A DNA stretch of 64,000 nucleotides from Fistulifera solaris (Eukaryota), in assembly GCA_030295235.1 (NCBI GenBank), contig AP026131.1:930001-994000 (forward strand). Direction: 5' to 3'. Each line of letters opens with the position of its first letter. The stretch's first letter is position 1. The position numbers and the translations under genes are program-made. This document shows, piece after piece, positions 36,525 through 49,409 of this stretch. A model generated the notes under the pieces. That model saw nothing but the letters and a program-made list of their open reading frames with translations, had not been told where the DNA came from and did not search any database.

Positions 36525-38086
36525 TTAGTCATCGACATCTAAATCGTTCAGAAACTCACACAACTTGTCGGCGTGGTTTGACAAAAGCAGTGTAGTATGC
36601 TTCATGCACACGCTCTCTATCAGCGCGGTCGGCACCAGCAATGGTCGCAATGTTGGAGATTCCTTCACTAGCGACTCTGATCCATGAAAGAATTGATTGA
36701 ATAGATACAATCTGTCGATACTTGAACCATTCAAACACTTTTTACCCGAGCGATTCACAACACTAATCATTCGATTTCGGGAGAGCAGCTGCTCCAACCA
36801 CGAATAAGTAGGATCCTCCGGTGGATAGCGTGGCACAGCGAACGTCCGTAGCATCTTGTGTTCTTCCAAAGCCTTAAACACATTTTCCAGGTGGGGACCC
36901 CAGTTCCACGGCATAAACGTATTGCTCAAATCCAAATGCTTCAGATTTGGATTGCCCTCGATCACATTCACCAGCGCTGCTGCAACTGGTGCTATTTTGT
37001 CAAATTTAAACCATTTGCAACTTTGAACTGAGAAGTAGATTTTCTCAAAATGACCCAATTGAGCGACTCGAGTTAAAAAGGAAATCAAAAGCTCACCATA
37101 ATCCCTGACACGGCGCCGGATTACAAAGTTGATAGTAAGATCCTTTGCCACAATATCCAAAGCACTAAAATCAGCCGGTTCGATGAACATTTCGTCAATC
37201 ACGTAAAGCAGGCTATTTGTTTTAGCAGAAAAAGGAGAAAGAACACAGGAACGGCTCCAAATACCCATACTGAGCTTATCGAACGTCCCCACTTCCACGA
37301 GGCGCTTCACACTTGGCAGTGTCAAGGGCACAGTTTCTCGGTCACAATGAAAGTCAAAGATCAGCGTACCAAACGATGACTGTCGTCCCGCGAGCGCATC
37401 CACAAAGGCTGCCCCACCGTCTTTGAATCGAAATCCACTCCCTTCGCCAAAACCAGACCGGGTCAATGTCAGATGCAAAGGATACGGCCTTGACCCCAGA
37501 ATAGCTGTCTGCTCCGGAGTCCAGATTCCGGCTTGCAGCATATACTGCCGCGTCGGGTTGGCGTCCAGTATTTGAGCCAGATGTTCGGGCTGCAGTGCCG
37601 ACATGCAGAACGAGGAAGTCGACATGTTGAAATCGATTTCGAGACGAGCTCCATTCTTTCCTCCGTCTTTCAACGACAAGAAGAATGCCAGCGTCTCGGC
37701 AATCTTCTCATCATCGTCACCGAAAATACAGCCTGCCACTTTTCTTCGTTTTCCAGCGTGATATAGTTCGAAACACACATTCCGTTCCGTATGTCGTTTG
37801 TAAGCTTCGTCACCAATCACAATAACTGTTTCGTTCTCACGCCAAAAGAGACAATGATGGTGCATTTCTTTCCAACAAAATTCATCCAGACTCATCGGTT
37901 CTCTCAGAAATTTATATATGTCATAGTAGATCGAGCGTTTCAAAAACGAAAGGAGCTCTTTTGCCGCGCCGACAAGTCATACTCGGAGACGCTCTCGAGT
38001 AAGGGATTTTTCTTCGGTCGCTTCGCTTTGCGCGGTTTCAACTGAGACAGGTAAGTTCGCCATTCATCCGAATCAATGTCGTTCAT
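36525..38086 (-). CDS. RNI-like hypothetical protein of a family strongly expanded in Fistulifera-type diatoms
   Basis: IYKFLREPMSLDE, QILDANPTR, FKDGGAAFVDALAGRQSSFGTL, NPNLKHLDLS, WLEQLLSRNRMI, LRPLLVPTAL; indel near 37960. Confidence 0.7.
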
Positions 38087-38558
38087 TCTTTGATCGGGCT
38101 CGTGGATTGAAGTTACTATCGCAGTAGTTGCTTATCATGTATTGCGTTTTATTTTGCGCAATGCTCATCCTCGTCGTCGTCGTGGATCATTCATCACATC
38201 CTTCGCAGGGTGGGAGGTTTTTGTTTTCGGGAAAGATCCATCATCACGGTGTGACATGTTTTTTCCGTTGTATACCGAATAGACGCAATAACACAAAAGC
38301 AACATAATGGAGTCGGTACCGTATGTATTTACAATAGAATGGAATGTATTCATGTGTTACGTGAAAGTCGTACGTCACACAACGCGACAAAAACGGCTCG
38401 ATGATGTTTGGGTCGATCTTTCTCGTTGCTCGACGACATTCATTTCACGACGTTGCAAGAAAGAGCACGACGATTATTATCGGCATTGATTTTCTAGCAT
38501 TGTCATTTCAGCGCTTCACAAACAATACATCTTAACGCTTTCACTTACTTCTCCAAAA

Positions 38559-39505
<947 letters not shown>

Positions 39506-39517
<12 letters not shown>

Positions 39518-39705
39518 GCGACATGACAATCACTAAAATAAACAAAGAATAATCAGCAGCTACATAGACACATTGAACATGTTTACAAAAAAAGAAAAAA
39601 TTCACCCCAAGAGCTCAAGCGCTTTAATTATTGGTGCTTAAGCGACAAGACAATCACTGTACAATAATCAAAGAATAATCAACAGCTACATACACGAATT
39701 GAATA
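39506..39705 (+). repeat. ~75-bp imperfect direct duplication of the fabG stop and 3'UTR
   Basis: ATTGGTGCTTAAGCGACA(T/A)GACAATCACT...AAAGAATAATCA(G/A)CAGCTACATA at 39506 and 39630. Confidence 0.85.
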
Positions 39706-39734
39706 TCCGTAAGCTGTTCGCGTTTGTTGTTGCA

Positions 39735-40031
39735 TCACACTTTGGAAGTATGACCGTCATTGCTGTCGCTATCACTGCTATCATCAGCATCTTCCTGCAG
39801 ACTCGCCAATAAAGCTTTTGCTAGTCTTTCTTCCGCATGCCGTTGTTGTTCTTGTGCTACCGGTTGTGACGTATCGTTCGATTGTAACAAAGAACGTTCG
39901 TCCTCCCGCAGTTGTTTCAGCGCTTCACGCAAACGCTTCTCTTGTTGATCCAGCTGTACATATTGTGCGTCGAGTTGTTGAATTTGTTGCAGTGCGTGTT
40001 GCAGAAATGTTTGTTCTTGGTGTTCACTCAT
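39735..40031 (-). CDS. Small coiled-coil hypothetical protein
   Basis: 98-aa ATG-initiated ORF with Q/E/L heptads and an acidic tail. Confidence 0.6.
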   Translation of the reverse strand: MSEHQEQTFLQHALQQIQQLDAQYVQLDQQEKRLREALKQLREDERSLLQSNDTSQPVAQEQQRHAEERLAKALLASLQEDADDSSDSDSNDGHTSKV

Positions 40032-40881
40032 ATTTCATTCATTCTGACTACATTATGAATAGGATTGTTTTGAGAAGGGAACGAGAAATGAATGACGGAA
40101 TAGGGAAGCTGGTAATGGATTTTGCAGAGGCGCATAATAATAACGCGGCTTTCGAAACTTTTTTCATAAGCAAATCTTACTGGTACTGGTGCGACACTAC
40201 AATGTTCCAAGTTCCGAATGAAGATACCATCACCCAAGAAGTTTCAATCGTGGATACAAAAATTCATCTAGGCTCGTCTCTGCGGTGGTGTAACAGAAAT
40301 GGCGTCCTAGAGTTGATAACAGTGCACCGCAAATTTATTTTTTAGTAAAAAATAAATGCTACTTATACGAGGACCGTCGCCTTCTCCTTCTCGGTTATTC
40401 TTTAGTTTCTAAGCACTGTCACAAACCGCAAACACCACTCTCTAAAGGTCAAGAAAAGGACTAATACGTTCGGGCTTAGGGAGTCTACCTAGCGCCGCGC
40501 GACATGTTTTGTCATGTCCGCGCAGTCCGCGTGCGACTATCCCAATTCCTAACATTTGCGGGTGTCCGATTCCGGTGCCCACAAGAAAAGGAAGGAATGA
40601 ATCAATGAAAAGGAAGATACTGGTAGTGGATACGAATTGCTCGGCATACTGTACGTGATGTTCTGAGTTCTGAGTTCTCGGGTGCAATTTCAACCAAAGT
40701 TCTGTGTTCTTTATATCCATTTCGCTTTCCACGAATGAATTCCGTATCAGTACCTGGACTACGTAATCTTTACGCGCACATGATGAAGACGAGCTGGAAA
40801 CGAAAGAGATCCACAATATCCTTCACCCTCATTTTTCTTCGGAATTTGGGTAAAAACTACTTCCGGTCAATTTTCAGCAAC

Positions 40882-42742
40882 ATGTTGAAAGTAACACTTC
40901 ATTTACTCTTTACATCATTGGCGTTTGGCCTCAACAGCCCACGCTTCAATCAAGTCGCTACGAAATTTAAAGAAGACATTCTTGAATTTCGCGATTTCAT
41001 GGAAAGCCTACACCTCAACAAGCGTTGCAATGAGACGTCGTTGAAGGAATGTCAGTTCGCTAACTTCGACGAGTGCTTTGCAGCACTGCCCAATCCTACC
41101 TGTCCCTCCGGTCCGGAATTCAATATTCCAAGCTGCGGCTCCGGCGAAGGGTGCCCGGGTTACGTCGATTTCACAACGAGCGTGTACAGCATCGCACCCG
41201 GCACAGCTGAATCGGACCCCCTCGTCTATGAAACGATTTGCTGGACTCGTCATATGGATGAATGGCTGATACAACGCAACGAACGAGACAGGGCTTTCTG
41301 GGAAGAGCTCGGAGTCAATCCTGGAGCCATGTACTACGGCAGCACAACTGGTGTCTTTCGCTACTACCCAGGTCGCCGCACAAAGAACTGCGGAGCCTAC
41401 GATCCTCGCCCGCGCCCCTGGAGTGTTGCCCCAAGCGGTCCCAAGAATCTCCTTCTTGTCCTAGACAAGAGCGGGTCGATGGAGGGCAATCGGATGACTT
41501 TAATGAAAAAAGCGGCGATACGAGTCATCGAGACGTTGACTATGAGCGACCGCATTGCGATTGTTGTGTTCGACGAAACGGCAAGTGTCATAGCCAAGGA
41601 AGGGATGTATCTCTACCCAGCGAACAACGAGAGTAAAGCCATCCTCATCGATGCTATCACAAATTTGGAAGCCCAGGGGGAAACCAACTTCTATGACGCA
41701 TTTGAGAAGGCGTTTGATGTGCTTGACAATTCACACGGAGAGGAACTGACCGTAAACTGCAACAGTGCTCTATTGTTCTTGACAGACGGCGAGATGACAC
41801 ACCCAATAGGTACTACGCCCGAAAACGTTATCGATTTGGTTACAAGCCGTCTCAACGCAACGTCGACGAAGATAGGCAAGCCGGTTCTGTTCTTTTCGTA
41901 TTCGATTTCCGAAGAGGAAGAAGAAGTGCACTCGCTACCAAAGAAACTTGCATGCCCCCCTTGATTTTGGGGTATGGTCCAGGATTAACAGGGAAGACCA
42001 GATCGTGGAGGCCTTGTCGAGCTACCACCTCTTATTCAGTTTGGGTCTTGGCGATGATGAAAATGCTGATTTTGTTGCATGGGTGGAACCATATTTCTTT
42101 GTTACAGGAAATATATTTGGCTCGACCATTTCCGCAGTGGTATACGATCGCTCGACATCACCTCCGACGAAAATAGGGGTCGTCGGACGCGACATCGCCT
42201 TTGAAATTTTAACTGAAGCACTCGAAACCGACAACATCACCGAAGCTATTTCTGAGCTGGCCCGGTACTCAGTTGCTGTTTGCCCCGCACTTAATTTGCC
42301 TCGATGCGTCATCGAGTCGTATCGCGCGTTTTTCGGCGGGAACGAAGCTCGATGCTTTCCAGATGAATGCAGCGCGGACGATTTCAGTTCGACCGTTCCA
42401 AAGAAGTGCTTTGACTCGAGCAAATATACGGGCAACCTTACTGCAAACTCCGATAACAAGGACCGTTCGTACGAGGAGATTGTTTGCTGCGGCAGCGACG
42501 ATGGCGTTTGCCTCGGTGGCGGCAACGATGACGGCGATGACAAACTCACGAAAGCGATGATTATCGGAATTGCATTCGGATGCGTTTTTGTCGTCATTGT
42601 CGCCCTTTTGATGCTCTATTGCTGCCTTAAGCGTTCAGGTTATAGCAATCGTCGAGTGGTTGTAGTCAGAGATGCTGTTGCCGTGCCGGTTAATCCTCCT
42701 CCGATCGCTCCCAGCGCACCAACTTGGAAGTCCTCTCCTTAA
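40882..42742 (+). CDS. Cache-VWA (alpha2delta/CACHD1-like) single-pass membrane protein, copy 1
   Basis: Signal peptide; YYGSTTGVFRYYPG..YDPRPRPW (Cache), LVLDKSGSM (MIDAS), LFLTDG, WVEPY; C-terminal TM; poly-C indel near 41955. Confidence 0.85.
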
Positions 42743-43411
42743 ATACATTGACATTAATTAGTTCATGTTTGTATATCATCTTTATTAGCTATTGAGGCAT
42801 TTCTGTACGCACACAAGGCTGTAGAACTCGCTCATCGCATCCTCTGCCTCGCGCCTCATTCTCGTCGGCTACCGACAAGAAAAGACCGACCAAACGAAAG
42901 AAACAAGGATGGAGTTAAATGCTGATCTCATCCGAGGGGATGAATTTCGATGAATGAATCGTCGTCATTGAAAACAAAGAAGTTTGTAAACAGAATTAGC
43001 CCCAAGTGTTCTTTTGTCGAAAGTGCAAAATAGAACGTCGGAAAAAGATCCTTCCGGCAAAATCGTTTTCTCGTCCGCGATCTTTGACGCAATAAAACAT
43101 AGTGTACATCTACATCCAAATACGTAGTACATATACAATGTCTGTAAATACTAAGTACAGCTTGTCCGTCGTACGAACAAAGAAGAGAGATAAGCTGATT
43201 ATTATTTGGAGTCGTGGATTGTGAAAATCTTTTGATTGTACTTTGTAGCCTACTTGTACGGCACCAGTACCAGGTACCAGGTACCTGGTAGACAAATGTC
43301 GCGCTTCAAAATCACGACTGACTTCTCTCAATTATTAAATCTTTTGCGCCTCCTTTCTTTCGAATCGGAAGCAACATCATTCTTCCCATATTCAAAACGA
43401 TCTGTTGAACG

Positions 43412-45257
43412 ATGATGAGATTTACCCTTCCTTTTCTTTTTACAGCATCGGCCTGTGCTCTCAACACGGCTCTTTTCGACGATGTAGTCTCAAAAGTCGA
43501 AGAAATGGTTAGAGAGTATCGTGATTTCATGGAAAGCCTCTATCTCGAGAAGCGATGCGATGAAACTTCCCTGACGGAGTGTCAGGCAGCTAACTACGAC
43601 GACTGTTTCGCAGCACTGCCGAATCCGACTTGTCCTGCAGGCGCGGAATACAGCATCCCAAGCTGTGGCGGCGGAGAAGAGTGCTCGGGTTTCGTCGATT
43701 TTACAACAAGCGTGTACAGCATCGCCCCGGGCACCGAAGAGTCCGACCCGCTTGTGATTGAATCGGTATGTTTCAGTCGATTTATGGACGAATGGCTGAT
43801 CCAAAGAAACGAACGAGACAAAGCTGTATGGGATGAGATCGGGATAAAACCCCAAGCCTCGTTTTTCGGAAGCGCGACTGGGGCCTTTCGGTACTACCCC
43901 GGTCGCCGTTCCAAAAGCTGCGGAATCTACGATCCGACCATTCGCCCCTGGTTTGTCGCCGGTAGTAGTGGTCCCAAGAACATTGTCCTTGTTCTGGACA
44001 AGTCTGGGTCAATGCAAGGCGCCCGAATGTCGCTCATGAAAGAAGCTGCTATACGAGTCATCGAGACTTTGACGATCAGTGACCGCGTAGCTATTGTTGT
44101 TTTTGACGAAACGGCAAAGATCATTGCCGATGAAGGAAAGCATCTGTACCAAGCCAGTAATGAAAGCAAAGCCATTCTCGTCGAGGCTATCAATAACATG
44201 GAAGCTAAGGGAGCCACCAATATCTATGATGCTCTGGATAATGCGTTTGATGTGCTCAACATCTCGATTGGTGAGGAGCTTGCGGTGCCTTGTAACTCGG
44301 CCATTCTGTTTCTGACAGATGGCGAGATGACACATCCCGAAGGTATTACACCAGAAAACGTCACCGATTTGGTGACACGCCGTCTCAACGAAACATCGAC
44401 CCGAAACCAGAAACCAGTCATGTTCTTTTCGTATTCAGTTTCGGAAGCAGAAAAAGTGCATGCGTTACCGAAGGAGCTTGCCTGCTCCCATGAGTACGGA
44501 GTGTGGTCCAGGATTGACCGCGATGACAAAATTGTGGAGGCCCTGTCGAGCTACTACCGTCTATTTGCACTTAACCTAGGCCTCGAGGAGAATGGTGATT
44601 TCGTGGCATGGGTGGAACCCTACATTTACTCCACAGGAGACACCCTGGGAACAACTGCATCGGCTCCATTATACGATCGCACGAAATCGCCGCCGCTTTT
44701 TTCTCGGCGTGGTGGGTATCGACATTCCCTTTGCAGCGCTCCAACGAGCACTCGGAACTGACGACATCGCAAAAGCCATAGAGGAACTTGCCCGTCGTTC
44801 CGTGGCCGTCTGCCCGACTTTAGAGCTTACCCAGTGCGAACTCGATTCCTACCGGGCGGCCTTGGGTGGTGAAGAGTCACGGTGCCTACAGGATATTTGC
44901 AGCGCGGATGATCTTGTAGAAACCATTGCTACGCAGTGTACCGACTCGAGCAAGTACCCAGACAACCTACTTGCCAACGAGGGCGCAAAAGAACTCACCT
45001 TCGAGGAGAGTGTTTGTTGCGTCAGCGATAATGCTTCTGACACGGGCGTTTGCGTAGGCAGCGACCTTTTGGATGACGGTAAGGACGGTTTGTCTAAAGG
45101 CGCAATCGCAGGAATAGCCGTGGGCGGTGCCGTCGGACTTATGTGCCTAGTTTTCCTTTGCTTACAAATGTGTGGCGGAAAGAGCAAAGACGAGCCTAAA
45201 ACTATCTACGTGAATCCTCAACCGACCGCACCGCACCATCATCCACCGACTGCCTAA
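43412..45257 (+). CDS. Cache-VWA (alpha2delta/CACHD1-like) single-pass membrane protein, copy 2
   Basis: Tandem paralog with YDPTIRPWF, LVLDKSGSM, WVEPY and TM LSKGAIAGIAVGG; poly-T indel near 44700. Confidence 0.85.
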
Positions 45258-45886
45258 CGTTGATAACCCCATCGTTGATAAATGACCTCAGTATTTTGTT
45301 AACAGACGTTACATTTATAGTATCAGTTTAATCCTTCCTTGAATTTTTTAAACTTATTTCACAAATTCTCATGACTCATCTCCTGACGTGTGTTCAAAAG
45401 TTTGCTATACTCGTCCAACACCCAAAAGACGAACTGATCGGCATCTGGTACAGCCCGGGGTTCGTGGTACACAACCATAAATAGCTTCTACTTGTCGACC
45501 ACCAAGATGGACCGGTTTGGGGAGTCCTCTGTTGTTGCTAATCACCGCGATGGATCCACCAGTAGAACAAGCATACATCCAACCAACGAAGCGGGTAGGT
45601 AGAATCGCGGACGCGTACGAAAAGCGTTTCGCGAGAATGTTACTGAGAATCGTAGTTGAAATGCTTTATACAGTCGCCAAGGTATCATGCACCTGGAGTA
45701 GTCGATCGTGCGATTGCGAACGAGATAAGTTGTCTCTTCACCCGGAACCCGGACAAAAGCTCCTCGATTATTCCCACCGATTCTCCCGAAGCACCACCCC
45801 GCCCATCATTGCACTGGGAAACGCAACATTGAAATGCTCCTGCTTCTCAGTTTCGTAAAATTTGAGTCAGTCGAAAGTGCCTGGAT

Positions 45887-46150
45887 CCTACTTGCCAACG
45901 AAGAAGTGAAGGGACTCCCCTACGAGGAGGCTTTTTGTTGCGTCAGCGTTTCTGACACGGGTATATATTTGGGCAGTGACCGGTCGAAAGGCGCAATCGC
46001 AGGAATCCGCGGGAGATACTGTCGTATTCTTGTGTCTTGTGTCTAGTTTATGTTTGTTTCCGAATGTCTGGCGGAAAGGGCAAAGACGAGCCTGAAACTA
46101 TCTACGTGCGTCCTCTACCGACCGCACCGCACCAGAATCCACCGACTGCC
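45887..46150 (+). pseudogene. Decayed 3' fragment of a third Cache-VWA copy
   Basis: CCTACTTGCCAACGA..GCAAAGACGAGCCT(G/A)AAACTATCTACGTG..CCACCGACTGCC matches 44966-45254, with deletions and stops. Confidence 0.85.
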
Positions 46151-46299
46151 CATCTTTAATCAAGAGCTTCAGCAATGGATCAGTTGCTCGCACTTTTATT
46201 GCCCGCGCTCTTATTAGTCTCTTGTGGAATCATTCATTCCTCTTTCAAAGAAATTGATCCCTACAAAACTGATTTCTAAGCTGCAACACCAACTAGAGT

Positions 46300-47210
46300 A
46301 CCTGGAGAGCACGCAAACAGACGTCAAGCAAGCGCAGGATGAAGATAGTAAGAGTCGCTCTAGAAACAATCGGTTCCATTCCAAGTGCCCAAGGAGGTTG
46401 GTGTTTGCCAGAAAGGCTTATTCAATTGGCTCAAGTCGAACGGCAAAATTCGACCACTCATTATGCACCATATGGAGTTCCGGCTTGTTACAGCTGTGTT
46501 GTCACGGGTAAGAATCGTTGCCGACACGAAGCAACACAGAATTTAAAAGATCCGGTCACTTGCTTCGAAAGTATATGTCGCATGATTGCGGAACAGTTTG
46601 TTTCGGTTTTTTTCGGCAGAGGCAGCACGGAAGCGTTTACTTGAAATATCTTCGAACGAATTGACACCCAAGCATGTTCTCGCTCTGATTTCGGACGACT
46701 CCGCCAGAATCGATCCGGAACTTTTGGAAACGAATTTGCGAAAGCCTGCTGGTCTTACGAAAGCAGAAACCGCGTCCAATGTCGATCTCGCGCTCCATTT
46801 CCAGGAGGGAAAGGTTTCGGAACACTTTTTGAAGACGTCAATCGATGAAACAGAAATACAGAAAGCACTTTTACAAGTCCAAGGAATCAGACTTTCGAGC
46901 TGTGATATGTGTCTTATCTTCTTTGGAGCGACCGGGTGTTTTACCGATTGGAGATTTGGGTGTTCGAAAAGACATCGCCAAGTCAAGAAACACCAGCTGT
47001 TTCAACGAGACGGACAAAAGATCACAGAAAGGTTACTGCCTTACAAACCGTACTTCTCGCTACGTGATTATTACATGTGGCGGGCTGCCGACACGCCATT
47101 GCTGGAGGACTCTCAAGTTGATACGAAATCGCAATTGGACCACCGGGTGTTTCGTCGTTGAAACGAAGAGTAACAACAGTGACAACGCCAGCGACACCAT
47201 CGAAGCCTAA
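46300..47210 (+). pseudogene. HhH-GPD DNA-3-methyladenine glycosylase (AlkA/MAG1-like), probably pseudogenised
   Basis: FESICRMIAEQFVS, LRKPAGLTKA, ALLQVQGIRLSSCDM (degenerate HhH), LERPGVLPIGDLGVRK and YKPYFSL..YYMWRAAD are spread over three frames. Confidence 0.7.
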
Positions 47211-47542
47211 ACAAACACGACGTCTTGTCACTCCCTTGTAAGTAAGCCCACCTTGCACAAAAGTAGACGACATGGCGTCGGGCATTGAAATGCGTAATGA
47301 CCACATTTCTTGACGACTCTGTCGGCGCTGGTATTGCTTTCGATAACAGCGCATGAGCTGTTTCCTCCATAATTAGTCCGCGACGAATGATCACGCGCAC
47401 TGTATGGTTGTCCACGGACTAGAAGTCTTGCGGGCGGAAAAATCGTACCAGAAAGCTGCTGTGTTGATTGGTTTGAAGGGCATTGAATGTTTGCTCGAGC
47501 AATTGCACCATTTTCTTCCATAATTCGTGCCCAAAAAATGGC

Positions 47543-47692
47543 GTGTGGTATTTTCACTTGTCCAGAAAATGCGGGCATGTGCTTTGTTCTTTTTTCACGT
47601 GTGCCGAAAATGTGGGGATGTGCTTTTTTCACGTTTCCAGAAAATGTGGGGATGTGCTTTTTTCACGTGTCAAGAAAATACGGGCGCGTGGC
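47543..47692 (-). repeat. 33-bp minisatellite, 4-5 units, reverse complement of the 19.5-kb array
   Basis: TTTTCACGT(T/G)TCCAGAAAATGTGGGGATGTGC units. Confidence 0.88.
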
Positions 47693-47915
47693 TATTTCAA
47701 CTCAATGGTCGTTCCAAAAATTCTGAAATCGGTGTTTTGGGATTTTATTTTGAAGTCCTTGTAGTAATGAACATTGAATACCATTTTGTTCATAGACAGT
47801 CTATACTAAACTTCGTCCCGCAGTAATAGCTCGCCTCATAGGCGCTTTACCAGGTACGTCTATTCCTCAACTACAATCATATCATATTGACAAATCGAAT
47901 CTAACTGATTAGTTT

Positions 47916-49244
47916 TTACTTGGCCACCGCACACGGTTCACAAAAATGATCAATAGTATCCAACATGGCTTGTTCATCAAAGTCCGCGGTGAAGACACAA
48001 TTGCCCAGTTCCCCTTTTAACAGAATGAGACGCAACTGTCCATTCGCCACTTTCTTGTCGACACTCATGAGTTTCAGGAAAGTATCCCGATTCATGGGAG
48101 AATCGGGTGGCAAGGCGACCGGGAGTTTGGCCCGTTCCAACAATTTCATCGTGCGTTGCAAAAGTGACTCATCAATCCATCCCATTTGTGCACTCATGCG
48201 GGCCGCCATGGCAATACCAATGGCAACGGCTTCTCCGTGTAACCACGTTCCGTATCCCGATCCATTTTCAATGGCGTGTCCGAAGGTGTGTCCCAAATTG
48301 AGCGTCGCACGGACATCGGCTTCCTTTTCGTCCGCCTTGACGACGGCCGCCTTGTTCAAGCACGACTGCACGACCGCATAACGCAAGGCAGCCGGATCGC
48401 GTTGCACCAATCGTTCCATATTTTCTTCTAACCATTCAAAGAGAGCCGCATCCCGAATCAATCCGTACTTGATAATTTCCGAAATACCCGATTGCAATTC
48501 CCGATCGGGCAGTGTTTCGAGTGTCGCCGTATTGACAAAGACACAAGACGGTTGATGAAAGGCCCCAATCATATTCTTGCCCAACGCGTGATTGACCCCG
48601 GTCTTTCCTCCGACACTGCTATCGACCATGGCCATGACCGTTGTGGGGATTTGCACAAACGCAACGCCGCGCAAATAGACGGCGGCCGCGAATCCGACCA
48701 TGTCACCAATGACACCTCCACCCAACGCCACTAAGGTGGATTTGCGATCGAGTCCCAACTCCAGACAGCGATCGAGAATTTTTTGTAAATTGTTCATATC
48801 CTTTTGTTCTTCTCCATCAGGCAACACGAGGGTGTGAATGTCTTCGGCGCGATTGTTGCGTGATAGTAATTGTTTATAGTGATCCAAGTACATGGGTGCG
48901 ATGCGGTCGTTGGTAATTAGTAATACTTTTTTACCGGCCAAGTGTTGTTGCAACAAGGTAGCGGCTGTGTCGCAACAAAGTGAGCGAAGTGAATTCGAAA
49001 GCAAAACTATACCCTCTTGACACTTACATTCGTCTTCCGAATATCCTGTACCAATATAGATGGGATAATCGCGATCATCTTCTAGATCAACTTTTACAAT
49101 ATCGTATTGTTCTTTGCTTTCTAACGTACTGCCGAGCGAGGACCACAACGCCGTGGATGATGGACGGGAAACAGTCGTCCAGGCATTCGTTCCGCCCACC
49201 ATTGACAGAAAGAACATCCAGAAGGATGCGATGTAAGCCGTCAT
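47916..49244 (-). CDS. aroB: Plastid 3-dehydroquinate synthase
   Basis: TNA-W presequence; LPDGEEQK, ALGGGVIGDMVGFAA, PTTVMAMVDSSVGGKTGVNH, LNLGHTFGHAIE, LHGEAV; likely 63-nt intron at 48965-49027. Confidence 0.96.
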   Translation of the reverse strand: MTAYIASFWMFFLSMVGGTNAWTTVSRPSSTALWSSLGSTLESKEQYDIVKVDLEDDRDYPIYIGTGYSEDECKCQEGIVLLSNSLRSLCCDTAATLLQQHLAGKKVLLITNDRIAPMYLDHYKQLLSRNNRAEDIHTLVLPDGEEQKDMNNLQKILDRCLELGLDRKSTLVALGGGVIGDMVGFAAAVYLRGVAFVQIPTTVMAMVDSSVGGKTGVNHALGKNMIGAFHQPSCVFVNTATLETLPDRELQSGISEIIKYGLIRDAALFEWLEENMERLVQRDPAALRYAVVQSCLNKAAVVKADEKEADVRATLNLGHTFGHAIENGSGYGTWLHGEAVAIGIAMAARMSAQMGWIDESLLQRTMKLLERAKLPVALPPDSPMNRDTFLKLMSVDKKVANGQLRLILLKGELGNCVFTADFDEQAMLDTIDHFCEPCAVAK

Positions 49245-49409
49245 ATTTAAATCAACCCTGAAACGACTTAGAATCAACAAATGAAACAAAAGGCTTGTTG
49301 TGTGGGATGATGCTTTTTTTCGCAGTTTTGCGTTTTGTTTTGTTGCGACTGCAACCACAAAAAAATTTAGGTGGTAATAACTACGATAATGTTAAAGTTT
49401 ACGAGTTAA

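Noticed and set aside
40496..40523. GC-rich hairpin GCGCGACATG-N6-CATGTCCGCGC as a terminator or Helitron end
   Set aside because: Single short stem; no adjacent CTRR terminus or other element features were identified.
43260..43292. GTACCAG/GGTACC microsatellite-palindrome between the Cache-VWA genes
   Set aside because: Very short simple repeat with no evidence of function.
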